Shown: positions 1 to 9,595, counted from the stretch's first letter. The stretch: 64,000 bases of DNA from an uncultured Anaerolineae bacterium (GCA_964639245.1 CAZXCU010000021.1:9269-73268); one strand, 5' to 3'. The notes: generated from the sequence alone by a model not told the origin. A program made the numbers and translations.

Positions 1-98
1 GGTATTTGACAGCATTCATGCCTGTACCTCCTTAAACCCCTTCATGGTGTGCGATAAAGTCATCTTCGGGAAGTCAAGAAATTTGTCAAAGTTTCGCA

Positions 99-380
99 CT
101 AAGGCGGGATAGGAGTGAGCGCAGCCGCCGTTGCAGCGTACTGAGTTTCTATCGCCGCACGAGTGGCAAAGATTGGGACAACAGCGGGCGTTGTTATGGT
201 TTCTGGTTCATCGGAGGCAGCCGGGGTAAACCCGAAAAAGAAGGTTGGGGAAATGATGGGAGTCTGCGGCGGAAGCGGGCGCGGTGGATATCCACCTGTC
301 GCCAACATGACTGCGCCAGCTAACGAACACAGCACTGCTAAAACAATTACCAGCAGCAGAACAAAGCGTCTTTTTGTCAT
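99..380 (-). CDS. Hypothetical small membrane-anchored, Pro-rich protein
   Basis: ORF track 99..446. An internal ATG at 380 is preceded by GAGAGGA. A hydrophobic segment FVLLLVIVLAVLCSLAGAVMLA is followed by a P-rich tail. No family recognised. Confidence 0.35.
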   Translation of the reverse strand: MTKRRFVLLLVIVLAVLCSLAGAVMLATGGYPPRPLPPQTPIISPTFFFGFTPAASDEPETITTPAVVPIFATRAAIETQYAATAAALTPIPP

Positions 381-523
381 GGAAGATCCTCTCGACCCTA
401 TCAATGACTGTGTAGGGTACAAGAGGTCAGAAAAAAGATGGTTCAATCAGTTGACAGGTGGGTGTTTCTCTGAAGGTGGTGAGGGTTTCAGGCATCACCT
501 GTTGCGTGGTCGGTTACTGCTTG

Positions 524-692
524 AGGTGCTTGTGACTATCCTAACCTAACCCACCCCGTCCCACTGTCAAGGGAGGCAAATTCCTCGGCTTCCTGGCTTG
601 CGCCGTTTCACTCACCAGCCGAGCAATTTGCCTTGAAACCCTTGACAGTGTGCCTAATAGGGTGGGTTGGTGGATAGTTGTCACAAGCACCT
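524..692. repeat. Long imperfect inverted repeat / hairpin (arms 524-589 and 618-692, ~28-nt loop)
   Basis: The left arm aggtgcttgtgactatcc...cccaccc...cactgtcaaggg...aggcaaatt.ctcggc pairs with the reverse complement of the right arm gccgag.aatttgcct...cccttgacagtg...gggtggg...ggatagttgtcacaagcacct. There are a few bulges. TTGACA lies at 642-647 inside the stem. Confidence 0.85.
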
Positions 693-1206
693 TTCAAAAT
701 GCAGAACCGAACTCACGCCGCTACGGATGCCCGTGCAAAACTCACCGTCCTGACTCATTGTAGGCAGGCGGGCATTCTAGCGGGCGGCGAAGTCCCGCGC
801 AATGTCGCGGGGCGCGAGGGCGGGGATGCCATCCTCACCCAGATGATGTAATCAGCTTCGATTGCGCCATCTGATGCTATCGCATGTCGCGGACTCTATC
901 TTTCGGAATTGACATTTCTGGGAGATAGGTCGGAAAGACCTCTGAATCTGCGGTCTGGCTCCTCCTCTTACAGCCAGAAAGCCACGTCCGGGCATTCAAC
1001 GGCAGACACTCGCAAGGGTGGATGCACTTCCTGCATGGGAAGGATAGCGATGGTGAGCTTGACTCCTACCATGATCAAGACAGATCGCACAGCGTTCGCT
1101 TGTGTGCCCCGCGTGTGTCATCACCTTTAGCCTGTTCGGTCAGTGTGGGAGTCCTTCAAAGTTTGTACTTATCGCAAGCCATTTATCTGCATAAGGAGTC
1201 ATTCCC

Positions 1207-1650
1207 ATGTCTAAAACAACTGCTACTAACGCCAAAGTGAACCGCGTGTTGGTATTGATTGATGCCACCCCACAGGGCGGGAAGGTTGTCCTGCGTGCCT
1301 TGCACGGTTGGGAGAACACCCTCGCTGAACAGACTGTCGAACTGGCAGCGCAGGATTTCACCTTCAACGATGCCAAACTGACGGGCGATCACGCCAAAAT
1401 CATCGCCATCATCAAAACGCTCAAACGCCTGACCAGCAAGCTCCCCGACCAGCGCAAAGCTCGCTATCAACTGGTGATTGTGCATTCCAGCAAGGCAGTC
1501 CAGACCTGGTTGACCGATCCCACCTCACGCAAAAATCCCTTAGCCCAAACTCTCACAGGCTATGTAGATCAGTTGGCAACCCGCTTCCCTCATCTGCACT
1601 TCGCGCAGCGGCAACGTCATATCATCACCCAACAGATAGCTACCCACTAG
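1207..1650 (+). CDS. Hypothetical protein (147 aa)
   Basis: AAGGAG lies 8 nt upstream of the ATG and an intrinsic terminator follows directly. A weak RNase H-like pattern (VLVLIDAT, LVIVHSS) is not asserted. Confidence 0.6.
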   Translation: MSKTTATNAKVNRVLVLIDATPQGGKVVLRALHGWENTLAEQTVELAAQDFTFNDAKLTGDHAKIIAIIKTLKRLTSKLPDQRKARYQLVIVHSSKAVQTWLTDPTSRKNPLAQTLTGYVDQLATRFPHLHFAQRQRHIITQQIATH

Positions 1651-1655
1651 CCAAG

Positions 1656-1682
1656 AGCCGCCCCACCAGGCGGCTTTTTTAT
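1656..1682 (+). terminator. Rho-independent terminator
   Basis: Stem agccgcc / ggcggct with loop ccacca, followed by ttttttat, immediately after the stop at 1650. Confidence 0.75.
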
Positions 1683-1703
1683 TTCTCCGGGAGAACTCTG
1701 CCC

Positions 1704-2078
1704 ATGAATGACACGCTCTTTAGTCTGCGTTTTCAGCGTACACCCCCACCTGACCCACAAGCGGCTGCCCAAGTAGAAAGTTGGCTGCACAGATGGGGGA
1801 TCCTTTATCAGCGCAATGTCGTGTGGCATACCTTTGATGCCGCCTATCGAGAGCAGTTCCACTTCACGTTAGCATGGGTGATCCTGCCCGCAGCAGGTCG
1901 CCAGCCGACGGATTATTTGCTGCTAGAAATCCTGCCGAACAGTTCCCCCAATCAGTGTAGTGCTGCCCGTTACCATCTGCTCAAGGCACTCTGGCCCGGA
2001 CAGAGGCTGATGCTTGAAGCACGCCTGCTGCGAACTGATCCGCAGACTGCCCAACTGCGTCTGTTGAATGCCCTCTAA
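1704..2078 (+). CDS. Hypothetical protein (124 aa)
   Basis: GGGAGA lies upstream of the ATG. The gene is co-directional and tightly packed with its neighbours. No family recognised. Confidence 0.5.
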   Translation: MNDTLFSLRFQRTPPPDPQAAAQVESWLHRWGILYQRNVVWHTFDAAYREQFHFTLAWVILPAAGRQPTDYLLLEILPNSSPNQCSAARYHLLKALWPGQRLMLEARLLRTDPQTAQLRLLNAL

Positions 2079-2094
2079 CGAAAGGATATGAACC

Positions 2095-2787
2095 ATGTTG
2101 ATGACTACCCAACAAGCTCTCGCACAGTACCATCTTGCCTATGACAACATAGCCTACCGGACAGCCTGTGGCGCGATAGGCAGGCTGCTGCTGGCGGGGA
2201 CACCCCAGCCCTTTACCAGTGTGACCCATAGCCCCGACTATATTGAACTCGCTAATCTGTTAACGGATACCGCCCTAGAGGTGTGCGGACATCCCGCCTA
2301 TCATGGACGCGGCTGGACACTGGCTTTCAGACTGCACCAGCTTGGCGCAGAGCGCCTTGAACGAGGTGTACTTGACTTCATGGTGATACAGCGCACCTTT
2401 ACAGCCGTCGAAACCTATCTCACACGGTTTAGACAGCAGATCATGGCTGCTGAAACCCTGCTGCACAACGATCCCACCGCCAGTGGGTTGCTCCAGATGG
2501 AAGGGGCATTGGGACTGCTGGAAGACAGCGTGTGTACGACCAGCACCATCTCCAACCGGAGTGGACGCGCCGCTTATCATCTAACCACCTCATGTGTAGG
2601 GTTGCTGCGAACTGCCACTTTGATCCTCAAGAGCAGTCACAGCCCGGATGCTTATGCTGCGGAAAAGTTCAGTCGCAGTTTGCGTGATCTCTTGTATGGC
2701 TTAAATGAATTAGCGGATTATCCCCATCTCCCGCATATTTTCCGCACCCTCCGTGAGCATTTGCTCAAGTGCATCGAGGCGGGCTGA
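2095..2787 (+). CDS. Hypothetical protein (230 aa)
   Basis: AAGGA lies upstream and the ORF is packed 17 nt after the previous stop. No family recognised. Confidence 0.55.
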   Translation: MLMTTQQALAQYHLAYDNIAYRTACGAIGRLLLAGTPQPFTSVTHSPDYIELANLLTDTALEVCGHPAYHGRGWTLAFRLHQLGAERLERGVLDFMVIQRTFTAVETYLTRFRQQIMAAETLLHNDPTASGLLQMEGALGLLEDSVCTTSTISNRSGRAAYHLTTSCVGLLRTATLILKSSHSPDAYAAEKFSRSLRDLLYGLNELADYPHLPHIFRTLREHLLKCIEAG

Positions 2788-2788
2788 G

Positions 2789-4210
2789 ATGCTATACCTT
2801 GCCCTCCGTTTTCATGAAAAGGGACGCTATGAAAGCCATGCCGATTCGACCAGCCGCCGCAAGTCCAAAGTGGCGGGCTATCAGGTCGTTAAACCCGCTT
2901 ATCGCATTCTCAAACTGCTGGCAGGCGAGCAGGTCAGTGACATTCCCCGTTCGCGGATTGTGGAGTATCACTACGTCACGGTGAAAGACACTGTGCGCCA
3001 GCAGGGGAACTACTTCATCCTGCCCATTGAGGAAAACCACCTGCCGCAACTTGAAGCCATCACTAAAATGGAGCGTAATCCACCCGCTTATCTGTGGCGC
3101 GATGAGGCGTGGTGGTCATTCCCCCAGTTGGAGCTGTACAACACAGGCGAAATGACCACAGTACGCACCACGATGGGTGACATCTTTGGCAATGTCCATG
3201 AGACTCGTGAACATCAGATCGAACGGACAGGGCTGCGAATCCGTCCCACCTACGAACCCTCTAAAGGTCCAGGATTTACTTTAGCTAACTCCCATAACAG
3301 CCCGGATGCACCTGCCAATCTACCCGCTGGCTTACCAGCGAGCATGACAGGCAATGGCATGGTACTGGAATGGAAACGCGGCTACGACGATAAACCGCAG
3401 TGCTGGTGGATCCGTGATGAACGCCGCGTCAGCAAGGCACAGTCCGCCACCTACCGCCACTATGCTGCCCTCAAAGCCACCCCTCATGCCCGTTGGAGCA
3501 AAGGGTTTTCAGCATGGTACTACACCGGTGGATCACTGCCGCCGCAAAAATGGTTGGAACTGGTTGGTTACATAGGGTCGGTTTCACCCACCATGCCGCC
3601 CGAACTCAGTCAGCAGATTGAAACCGTGCTGGCAGCCGATGACGCGGCGGAAAAAGAACCGCTTATTCCCCTATCACTCTATGATGCCCATGCAGGCAAG
3701 TACGACTGGAACTATGGCAACCCCGACGTATGGTGCAAGCTAGTCTGTGGTAACGAGTGGCTGTTTTTCGTCGCCAATGCCAGCCTGACCGAACGCAGTC
3801 TGTATGGGTACAAGCTCAAGTTAGGCGAAAACCCCATAGCAGGTGAGTGGCTAACACTCACACTGGATGAACTGGCAGAAAGCTCGGTTCAGCGTGATCT
3901 CAGCTTTATTCGCCAATCACTGCGCCACACTATCGAGCAAACGGCAGCCAATCTCAAGACCTTCCTGCCTGATGAACTGAGCATCCCCACCGATGCTGAA
4001 TGCCGCCGCCGTGTCCTTGAGGAACGTCACCACGCCTATCTCGCCGAACTGGAAGGCAAACGAGAACTAGAAACTGCCATGAAACCCTACCACGAGTTTC
4101 AGGCAATGCTCAAACTGCGCCAAATATTTGAGGAACGCCTGCATCATCTGACCTCTCTCAAGGCACTGCCAGCCCAGTCCACACCGCCTATTGACGATCC
4201 TTGGAGCTAA
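2789..4210 (+). CDS. Hypothetical protein (473 aa)
   Basis: ORF track 2753..4210. The ATG at 2789 sits 2 nt after the upstream stop (TGAGATG), which is the more likely start. The C-terminal region is charged and coiled-coil-like (RRRVLEERHHAYLAELEGKRELE). Confidence 0.6.
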   Translation: MLYLALRFHEKGRYESHADSTSRRKSKVAGYQVVKPAYRILKLLAGEQVSDIPRSRIVEYHYVTVKDTVRQQGNYFILPIEENHLPQLEAITKMERNPPAYLWRDEAWWSFPQLELYNTGEMTTVRTTMGDIFGNVHETREHQIERTGLRIRPTYEPSKGPGFTLANSHNSPDAPANLPAGLPASMTGNGMVLEWKRGYDDKPQCWWIRDERRVSKAQSATYRHYAALKATPHARWSKGFSAWYYTGGSLPPQKWLELVGYIGSVSPTMPPELSQQIETVLAADDAAEKEPLIPLSLYDAHAGKYDWNYGNPDVWCKLVCGNEWLFFVANASLTERSLYGYKLKLGENPIAGEWLTLTLDELAESSVQRDLSFIRQSLRHTIEQTAANLKTFLPDELSIPTDAECRRRVLEERHHAYLAELEGKRELETAMKPYHEFQAMLKLRQIFEERLHHLTSLKALPAQSTPPIDDPWS

Positions 4211-4213
4211 CAC

Positions 4214-4810
4214 ATGTCGCAAAAAACATCCTCAAAAAACCTAATCGCACAGAGTTTTGTGGGGCAGATCACCGTCGTCGGGGAGTGCTTCTGCTATGGC
4301 TGTGCGCTGGACGGGCAGCAGTTGGTCTATCTGGATGTGGCGGGTCCCGCTACATCAGTGGAAGCGGTCTGGGCAAAACTGGCACAGGCAAAGGAGTGTT
4401 ATGTTATCCCACCTGACCGCGAGGCTCCGAAAATCATCCTCCGCACGACAGAAGGGTTGCTCAAACGGCTGCAACGCAAGGTCGAAGGACTCGGCATTCA
4501 TCATTTGCTGCTCATTCATCAGGACAGCCTGACCCCCACCTATGCTGAACTCAGCACCACCTACTTGTTCCTCGCGGACAAGGCACAGTCCATCGCCAAA
4601 CTCGGCTCGCATCTCCAACAGTTGGTGGACATCGCAGTATTCCCACAATGGTTTCCGTATCTCGTCCAACAAGGGCGGGTGGAGGGACTTATCACCCCCT
4701 TGACCTGCTACGGCGGTGTCAGTCTGTGGAAACTGGTGCTGGATAAGACTGAATGGCAGCGGCTGATCTGCCGCGGTGTCAGCCAGCGCAGCCTGAGCCT
4801 GCCTGAATAG
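4214..4810 (+). CDS. Hypothetical protein (198 aa)
   Basis: GGAG lies upstream, the ATG is 4 nt after the previous stop, and a strong terminator follows. Confidence 0.6.
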   Translation: MSQKTSSKNLIAQSFVGQITVVGECFCYGCALDGQQLVYLDVAGPATSVEAVWAKLAQAKECYVIPPDREAPKIILRTTEGLLKRLQRKVEGLGIHHLLLIHQDSLTPTYAELSTTYLFLADKAQSIAKLGSHLQQLVDIAVFPQWFPYLVQQGRVEGLITPLTCYGGVSLWKLVLDKTEWQRLICRGVSQRSLSLPE

Positions 4811-4834
4811 GCTGCCCATTCATACATCCCTACG

Positions 4835-4865
4835 AAGCCCCGTGAAAAACGGGGCTTTTTTGTTT
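4835..4865 (+). terminator. Rho-independent terminator
   Basis: Stem aagccccg / cggggctt with loop tgaaaaa, followed by a T-run (ttttttgtttt). Confidence 0.8.
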
Positions 4866-4880
4866 TATGGAGAAACTGTA

Positions 4881-7800
4881 ATGCCAAGGTTAACGTCACT
4901 CGAAAAGGGTGGTTTTTACGCTTTCAACCCGACGTATCTACCGCATGTTGCCTCCCTGTTTGCCCCTGCCACCCACGGCGGTAAACTGCTTGATCCCTGT
5001 GCTGGTGAAGGGGATGCTCTCCAATACCTCACCCAAGCGTGGGGCTTGACTCCCTATGCCAATGAACTGGACATCGAACGGGCGGCTGCCTGTCTGGAAA
5101 AGTTTGGGGCAACCCAAGCGGTACAAGGGGACATTTTCCAACTGCGGGCATCCAGCAATGGCTTCTTGATGGCGTGGGTAAACCCACCCTACACTTGGGA
5201 TATGGGCAGTGATGAGAAGCGGCGCGAACTCAGCTTCCTCAAACACAGCCTCAAATGGGTCCAAACCAATGGTTATGTCGCTTGGGTGGTCTATACCCAG
5301 CATGTCACTGCCGAAGCTGCTGCGGTGCTGGCAAATAACTGCTCACAGGTGGATATCTGGGCAGTCCCTGAACTGCACTTAGGCGAGTATCGCCAGGTGG
5401 TAGTCATCGGACGCATTGGCAAAGCCGAGTATGAGCCGGCCACCTTTGCCCAAGCAATTCTGGGTCAAGTCCAGCAGCCGCAGCCCATCACAATACAGCC
5501 TGAACCCCCCTATACCTTCTCATCACCGCAGCCGCCGAACCGCTTCCTGTTCGCGCCGAAAATCCTCACCCCGGAAATCACCCTGGCTGCCCTGCAAACG
5601 GGCAGTGCCCACCACATGGCGCAATTTCAGAGCCTGCTTGAACCTCCTCCACCCATCGAAGACATCCGTCCCATCGTGCAGCCCAGAGGGATGCAAATCG
5701 GGTTGGTGCTGGCAGCCGGGATGTTCAATGGCTTAATTCTGAACACACCCGAACACGGACGGGCAGCCGTTCGCAGCACCATTCGCACCGTCGAGGAACT
5801 GCGCGAAGCGCCCGAAGAGATCAATGAAGACGATCCCACCACCACCGAACGTGAAGTCTACCGCACCCGCCCTGTCGTGACGATCACCCTGCTAACCGAA
5901 CGCGGCGAGACACTGCCCATGACAGGTGATGCCGCCTTGGTGAATTTCATCTCCGCGCATAAAGCTGCCCTGTTGGACTATCTCGATAGGCACTTCAAAC
6001 CCCTCTACGATTTCAACTACACCCCTCTCGCGCCCGTGCTGAACCGTGTTCGCATCGGCAAAGGGCTGTTCACGACGCAGAAACACGTCATCGCCGCTGC
6101 TTACACCGCCCTGCAACAGCGCAAAGGCATCTATCTGGTGGGTGAGCCGGGAGTCGGAAAAAGCGTGATGGGAGCCGCACTCGCCGCTGCCATGCAGCCG
6201 CACATGCGTTCAGATCAGGTGGTCATCTGCATGTGCCCGCCCCACTTAGTCGAAAAGTGGAAGCGCGAAATCGGCAAAGTCACGTCCAGCAGCTATGTCG
6301 AAATCCTTGAAAATGTGGATGAAACCCGCGCTTTCATGGACAAGTGCCGCCGCCTGCTGCCACATACCCTCAAGGTGGGCATCATCGCCCGTGAGCGTGC
6401 CAAGTTGGGGGAAGGTTGGGCAGCGGCAGTCCAATGGCACAAACGCCATACCGCCCTGTGGAAACTGGGAACTGAGCCGCCTGACGCTCTTAAAGGCAAA
6501 CCGCGCCTCTTCACGCAAGAAATCCCCCTCTGCCCAGCCTGCGGCGCAGTCGTCACCAAAGACCAGAAAGGTGAGAAGGTCGCCACACGCGCCTGGCTCA
6601 GTGATGCTCCGCGCACCTGTCATAGCTGCGGCAGTGCCCTCTGGCAGGACAAACGCACTTTCAGCGCACCCAAAGCAGGCGAGAAATTCCCGCGCAAGAA
6701 TCCGCGCATGGCGCTGGCGGATTACCTCGCTCGTGTCCATCCCGGACGGATTTATCTCTATATTGCTGATGAGGTGCATGAACTCAAGAGTTTGTCCAGC
6801 GATCAGGGCGATGCCTTCACCGTCCTGTGCAATACGGCACAGAAAGTCATCGGCTTGACTGGGACCCTCTACGGCGGAGTCGCATCGTCCATTTTTGGAC
6901 TGGAGTATCAACTCAATCCGCGTGTGACCCGCCGCTACAACTGGGGTGAGCGCAACACTGACAAAGGCAAACAGTTGGCACGCTGGGTGGATCAGATGGG
7001 GTCGTTGGAGCGCATCATCGAATACAAACCCCAGTATGACCAGTCAGGACGCTATACAGGCAAAGCCCGCTTTGAGCATCAGCCGCGTGAGGCGCCCGGC
7101 ACCTCGCCCATGTTGGTGCGCGAAATCCTCGATCATGCTTTGTTTGTCGGCTTGACGGACATCAGTGACATGCCACCTTACGAAGAAATCCCCGTTCCCA
7201 TCGACATGGATGCGGATTTGCGGGCAGTCTACGACGACACCAAACAGGCGTTGGGGGAATACCTCTTTCAATGCCGCTTAGAAGGCGATGCTTCGTTTCT
7301 AGGACGTTATCTACGAACGCTCTTGAGCTACCCCAATGCCCCCTTCCGCGCTGAGAATATCCTGCACCTCCGTAAGCTGCGCGGCGAGGATGGGACGTTC
7401 ATGCCGCTGGAAAAAAGTGTGTGGGCGATGCCGAACTTAGGTGAGGAGCGTTTGTATGCCAAAGAGCAGTGGCTCATTGACACGGTTCGGTCTGAACTGG
7501 CACAAGGGCGCAAAGTCGGCATTTTCGTCGAGCAGAGTGCTACCCGTGATATTCAACCGCGTCTGGCTGATCTACTCACACAGAACATCCCCCACGCCCG
7601 ACCTTTCATCCTGTATGGCAAGGTAGACCCCAAGAAGCGCGAAGTCGTACTAGAAACCCAATTGAAAGCGGGTTGTAATATCTTCCTCGCTAATCCCAAA
7701 CTCGTCCAGACGGGTTTGGACTTGGTGGCGTTCCCCACTTTAGTGTTCTACGAAACCTCGTATTCCCTCTACGTCACCATTCAAGCCTCGCGGCGGGCAT

Positions 7801-8648
7801 GGCGCATCATCCAAACAGAACCCTGTCGTACCTACTATCCTTACTATACCGACTCGATGGAAGCACGGGCAGTGGCACTCATTGGACGCAAACAGCGGGC
7901 TGCCAAGCTGCTATACGGCGACAACGACATTGGTTTGAGCGAACTCACTGACGGTGGCGATGAAGCCAATGACCTCATCGCTGAGCTGGCCAAATCGTGG
8001 GATGCAGACGCGGGCGTGACCGATCTGCGCGACCTGTTCAAAGCCGCTGCCAGTGCCGAAGAGCAACGCGAGAGCCTGTGGCTGGTTGAAGCCGCCGCAT
8101 CAGAAGCTGAAGGGCAGTCGGCTGCCCTTCAGTGGTTTGTGATTGAACGCTGGCTGGCAGAAACCCAGACTTGGCAAATCATCTCGCGCCATGTCAACGG
8201 TTCGATACCCGTCAACTTATTCGCCTCTAGCACCGAAGCGGAACAGGCAGCGCAGCAGTTAGCCGTTCAAACCCCACACTGCTACCGTGTCATTGGCTAT
8301 CCTGACCCACAGGCGTACTTCACCCACTATCAGGGTTCAGAACGGCAGATCATCCAGCAGACCGCCCAAGTCAGCCTGCCCGCCTACACCGCCTACGATG
8401 CGCTGGAACAGTGCGCCATCGAGTTAGGGGGGGCACTCGACACGCCGCCGAGCATAGCAGACCAGCCGTCTGCACCCAACAAGCTGCCACCTAAACCCAA
8501 AGTCCAGCGCCGCCGCGTGAGCCTATCCGCCGCGCCAGATGATCTCGAAGCCCCCCTGCACTCTACCAAATCGAATATGCCCAAACTGCCTCGCCATGAT
8601 CCCACCCCAGCCGGGGAGGTGCGCCAATTGGCTCTGTTTGATGTGTAG
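4881..8648 (+). CDS. N6-adenine DNA methyltransferase fused to an SF2 (SNF2/DEAH-like) helicase
   Basis: The track start 4842 lies inside the upstream terminator, whereas ATG 4881 has a GGAG SD. MTase motif I is LDPCAGEGDAL and motif IV is VNPPYTWD. Helicase motifs are Walker A GEPGVGKS, IADEVHELK, LTGTLYGG and motif VI QASRRAWRIIQ. There is a Cys4 insertion CPACG...CHSCG. The C-terminus ends RQLALFDV. Confidence 0.8.
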   Translation: MPRLTSLEKGGFYAFNPTYLPHVASLFAPATHGGKLLDPCAGEGDALQYLTQAWGLTPYANELDIERAAACLEKFGATQAVQGDIFQLRASSNGFLMAWVNPPYTWDMGSDEKRRELSFLKHSLKWVQTNGYVAWVVYTQHVTAEAAAVLANNCSQVDIWAVPELHLGEYRQVVVIGRIGKAEYEPATFAQAILGQVQQPQPITIQPEPPYTFSSPQPPNRFLFAPKILTPEITLAALQTGSAHHMAQFQSLLEPPPPIEDIRPIVQPRGMQIGLVLAAGMFNGLILNTPEHGRAAVRSTIRTVEELREAPEEINEDDPTTTEREVYRTRPVVTITLLTERGETLPMTGDAALVNFISAHKAALLDYLDRHFKPLYDFNYTPLAPVLNRVRIGKGLFTTQKHVIAAAYTALQQRKGIYLVGEPGVGKSVMGAALAAAMQPHMRSDQVVICMCPPHLVEKWKREIGKVTSSSYVEILENVDETRAFMDKCRRLLPHTLKVGIIARERAKLGEGWAAAVQWHKRHTALWKLGTEPPDALKGKPRLFTQEIPLCPACGAVVTKDQKGEKVATRAWLSDAPRTCHSCGSALWQDKRTFSAPKAGEKFPRKNPRMALADYLARVHPGRIYLYIADEVHELKSLSSDQGDAFTVLCNTAQKVIGLTGTLYGGVASSIFGLEYQLNPRVTRRYNWGERNTDKGKQLARWVDQMGSLERIIEYKPQYDQSGRYTGKARFEHQPREAPGTSPMLVREILDHALFVGLTDISDMPPYEEIPVPIDMDADLRAVYDDTKQALGEYLFQCRLEGDASFLGRYLRTLLSYPNAPFRAENILHLRKLRGEDGTFMPLEKSVWAMPNLGEERLYAKEQWLIDTVRSELAQGRKVGIFVEQSATRDIQPRLADLLTQNIPHARPFILYGKVDPKKREVVLETQLKAGCNIFLANPKLVQTGLDLVAFPTLVFYETSYSLYVTIQASRRAWRIIQTEPCRTYYPYYTDSMEARAVALIGRKQRAAKLLYGDNDIGLSELTDGGDEANDLIAELAKSWDADAGVTDLRDLFKAAASAEEQRESLWLVEAAASEAEGQSAALQWFVIERWLAETQTWQIISRHVNGSIPVNLFASSTEAEQAAQQLAVQTPHCYRVIGYPDPQAYFTHYQGSERQIIQQTAQVSLPAYTAYDALEQCAIELGGALDTPPSIADQPSAPNKLPPKPKVQRRRVSLSAAPDDLEAPLHSTKSNMPKLPRHDPTPAGEVRQLALFDV

Positions 8649-8656
8649 GAGGGCGT

Positions 8657-9595
8657 ATGATCCCCGACATGACCCTTCAACTTCTGCGGGCAATCTATCG
8701 TGGTCAGCAGACCGGCTATCTGACACTGACCGCTATCCATCCCAGTAAACGTCTCCCCACACCCTCACGTCACATCCTGATCACGGATAAGCAGGCGGTA
8801 CATCAGGCTCTGGCTGACCTCTTGGCTGCCAATGACCAGGGTTGGGGAGCCTACTTCTCGGTAGCACTCCGCCAGCGTCCTTTAGAGCGCTGGAAACGGG
8901 GTGGGCAGTCTGATCTGCTGGTGCTGCCCGCCTTGTTCGCTGATCTGGATGGCGATTTATCCACCAGTTTTGAGCGGATTCAGCAAGCAGGTTTGGCTGG
9001 AATGCCTGCCCCTTCCGCGATGGTGGGTAGTGGTCGAGGACTGCATCTTTACTGGCTTATCACCCCTACGGCAGATTTTCACACCGCCAATCTGGTGCTG
9101 GCAGGTCTGGCAGAGCGGTTGGGTGGGGATGTGACCACTGCCGCTAATGCTCTGCGGTTGCCCGGCAGCCGCAATACCAAAACCGAGGTCAACCGCCCGT
9201 GCCAATTGCTGTGGTTGGCTGAAAAGCGGCGTTATGCCCTTGCCGACTTCGAAGCCTTTCAAGCGGAAGCCGCACCACCACGTCCGATGCCTGAACTGCC
9301 CATGCGCTGGCGTGCGCCTCCGCATCTCTCGGATGAACTCAATCCTGATCTGGTGGAAGCAGTTGTGTATGTCCTTCTGCGCGATTATGCCGGTTTTGTC
9401 CAGAAAAATGGCTGGATTGGAGCCTTGTGTCCCTGTGGGCATAGCCGCGATCAACCCGGTCGGCACTTCGGTTTTTCACCCCAACATGGTGTCGCCCGCT
9501 GTTTTGGGCGGCATGGACAGCTTTTGTTGAAGGAATTATGCACCCTCATCGGTGTAGACCCCGCCAGTTACGGCGGACTGTATCGCAGAGCATAA
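8657..9595 (+). CDS. Primase-polymerase (archaeo-eukaryotic primase superfamily) protein
   Basis: AGGAGG SD. Motifs LFADLDGD (DxD), GSGRGLHLYW and LRLPGSRNTK. C-terminal Cys/His cluster CPCGHS...ARCFG. Confidence 0.7.
   Translation: MIPDMTLQLLRAIYRGQQTGYLTLTAIHPSKRLPTPSRHILITDKQAVHQALADLLAANDQGWGAYFSVALRQRPLERWKRGGQSDLLVLPALFADLDGDLSTSFERIQQAGLAGMPAPSAMVGSGRGLHLYWLITPTADFHTANLVLAGLAERLGGDVTTAANALRLPGSRNTKTEVNRPCQLLWLAEKRRYALADFEAFQAEAAPPRPMPELPMRWRAPPHLSDELNPDLVEAVVYVLLRDYAGFVQKNGWIGALCPCGHSRDQPGRHFGFSPQHGVARCFGRHGQLLLKELCTLIGVDPASYGGLYRRA

Noticed and set aside
163-549. A 128-aa + strand ORF opposite the 99..380 gene that runs into the hairpin.
   Set aside because: It overlaps the better-supported minus-strand membrane-protein ORF, extends into the inverted repeat and has no SD.
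699-1485. A small 51-aa ORF (699..851) and the track ORFs 909..1130, 1022..1240, 1140..1376 and 1183..1485 in or around the long upstream non-coding region.
   Set aside because: None has a convincing SD, and several use TTG starts or overlap the well-supported gene at 1207. I cannot distinguish them from chance ORFs. The region may instead be regulatory or encode RNA.
6246-6911. A 221-aa minus-strand ORF, plus many similar ones (5416..5736, 6293..6616, 6295..6858, 7044..7271), inside the methylase-helicase gene.
   Set aside because: These are embedded in, or antisense to, a long ORF with clear MTase and helicase motifs. Such shadow ORFs are typical of GC-rich coding DNA. They have no SD and no recognisable motifs.
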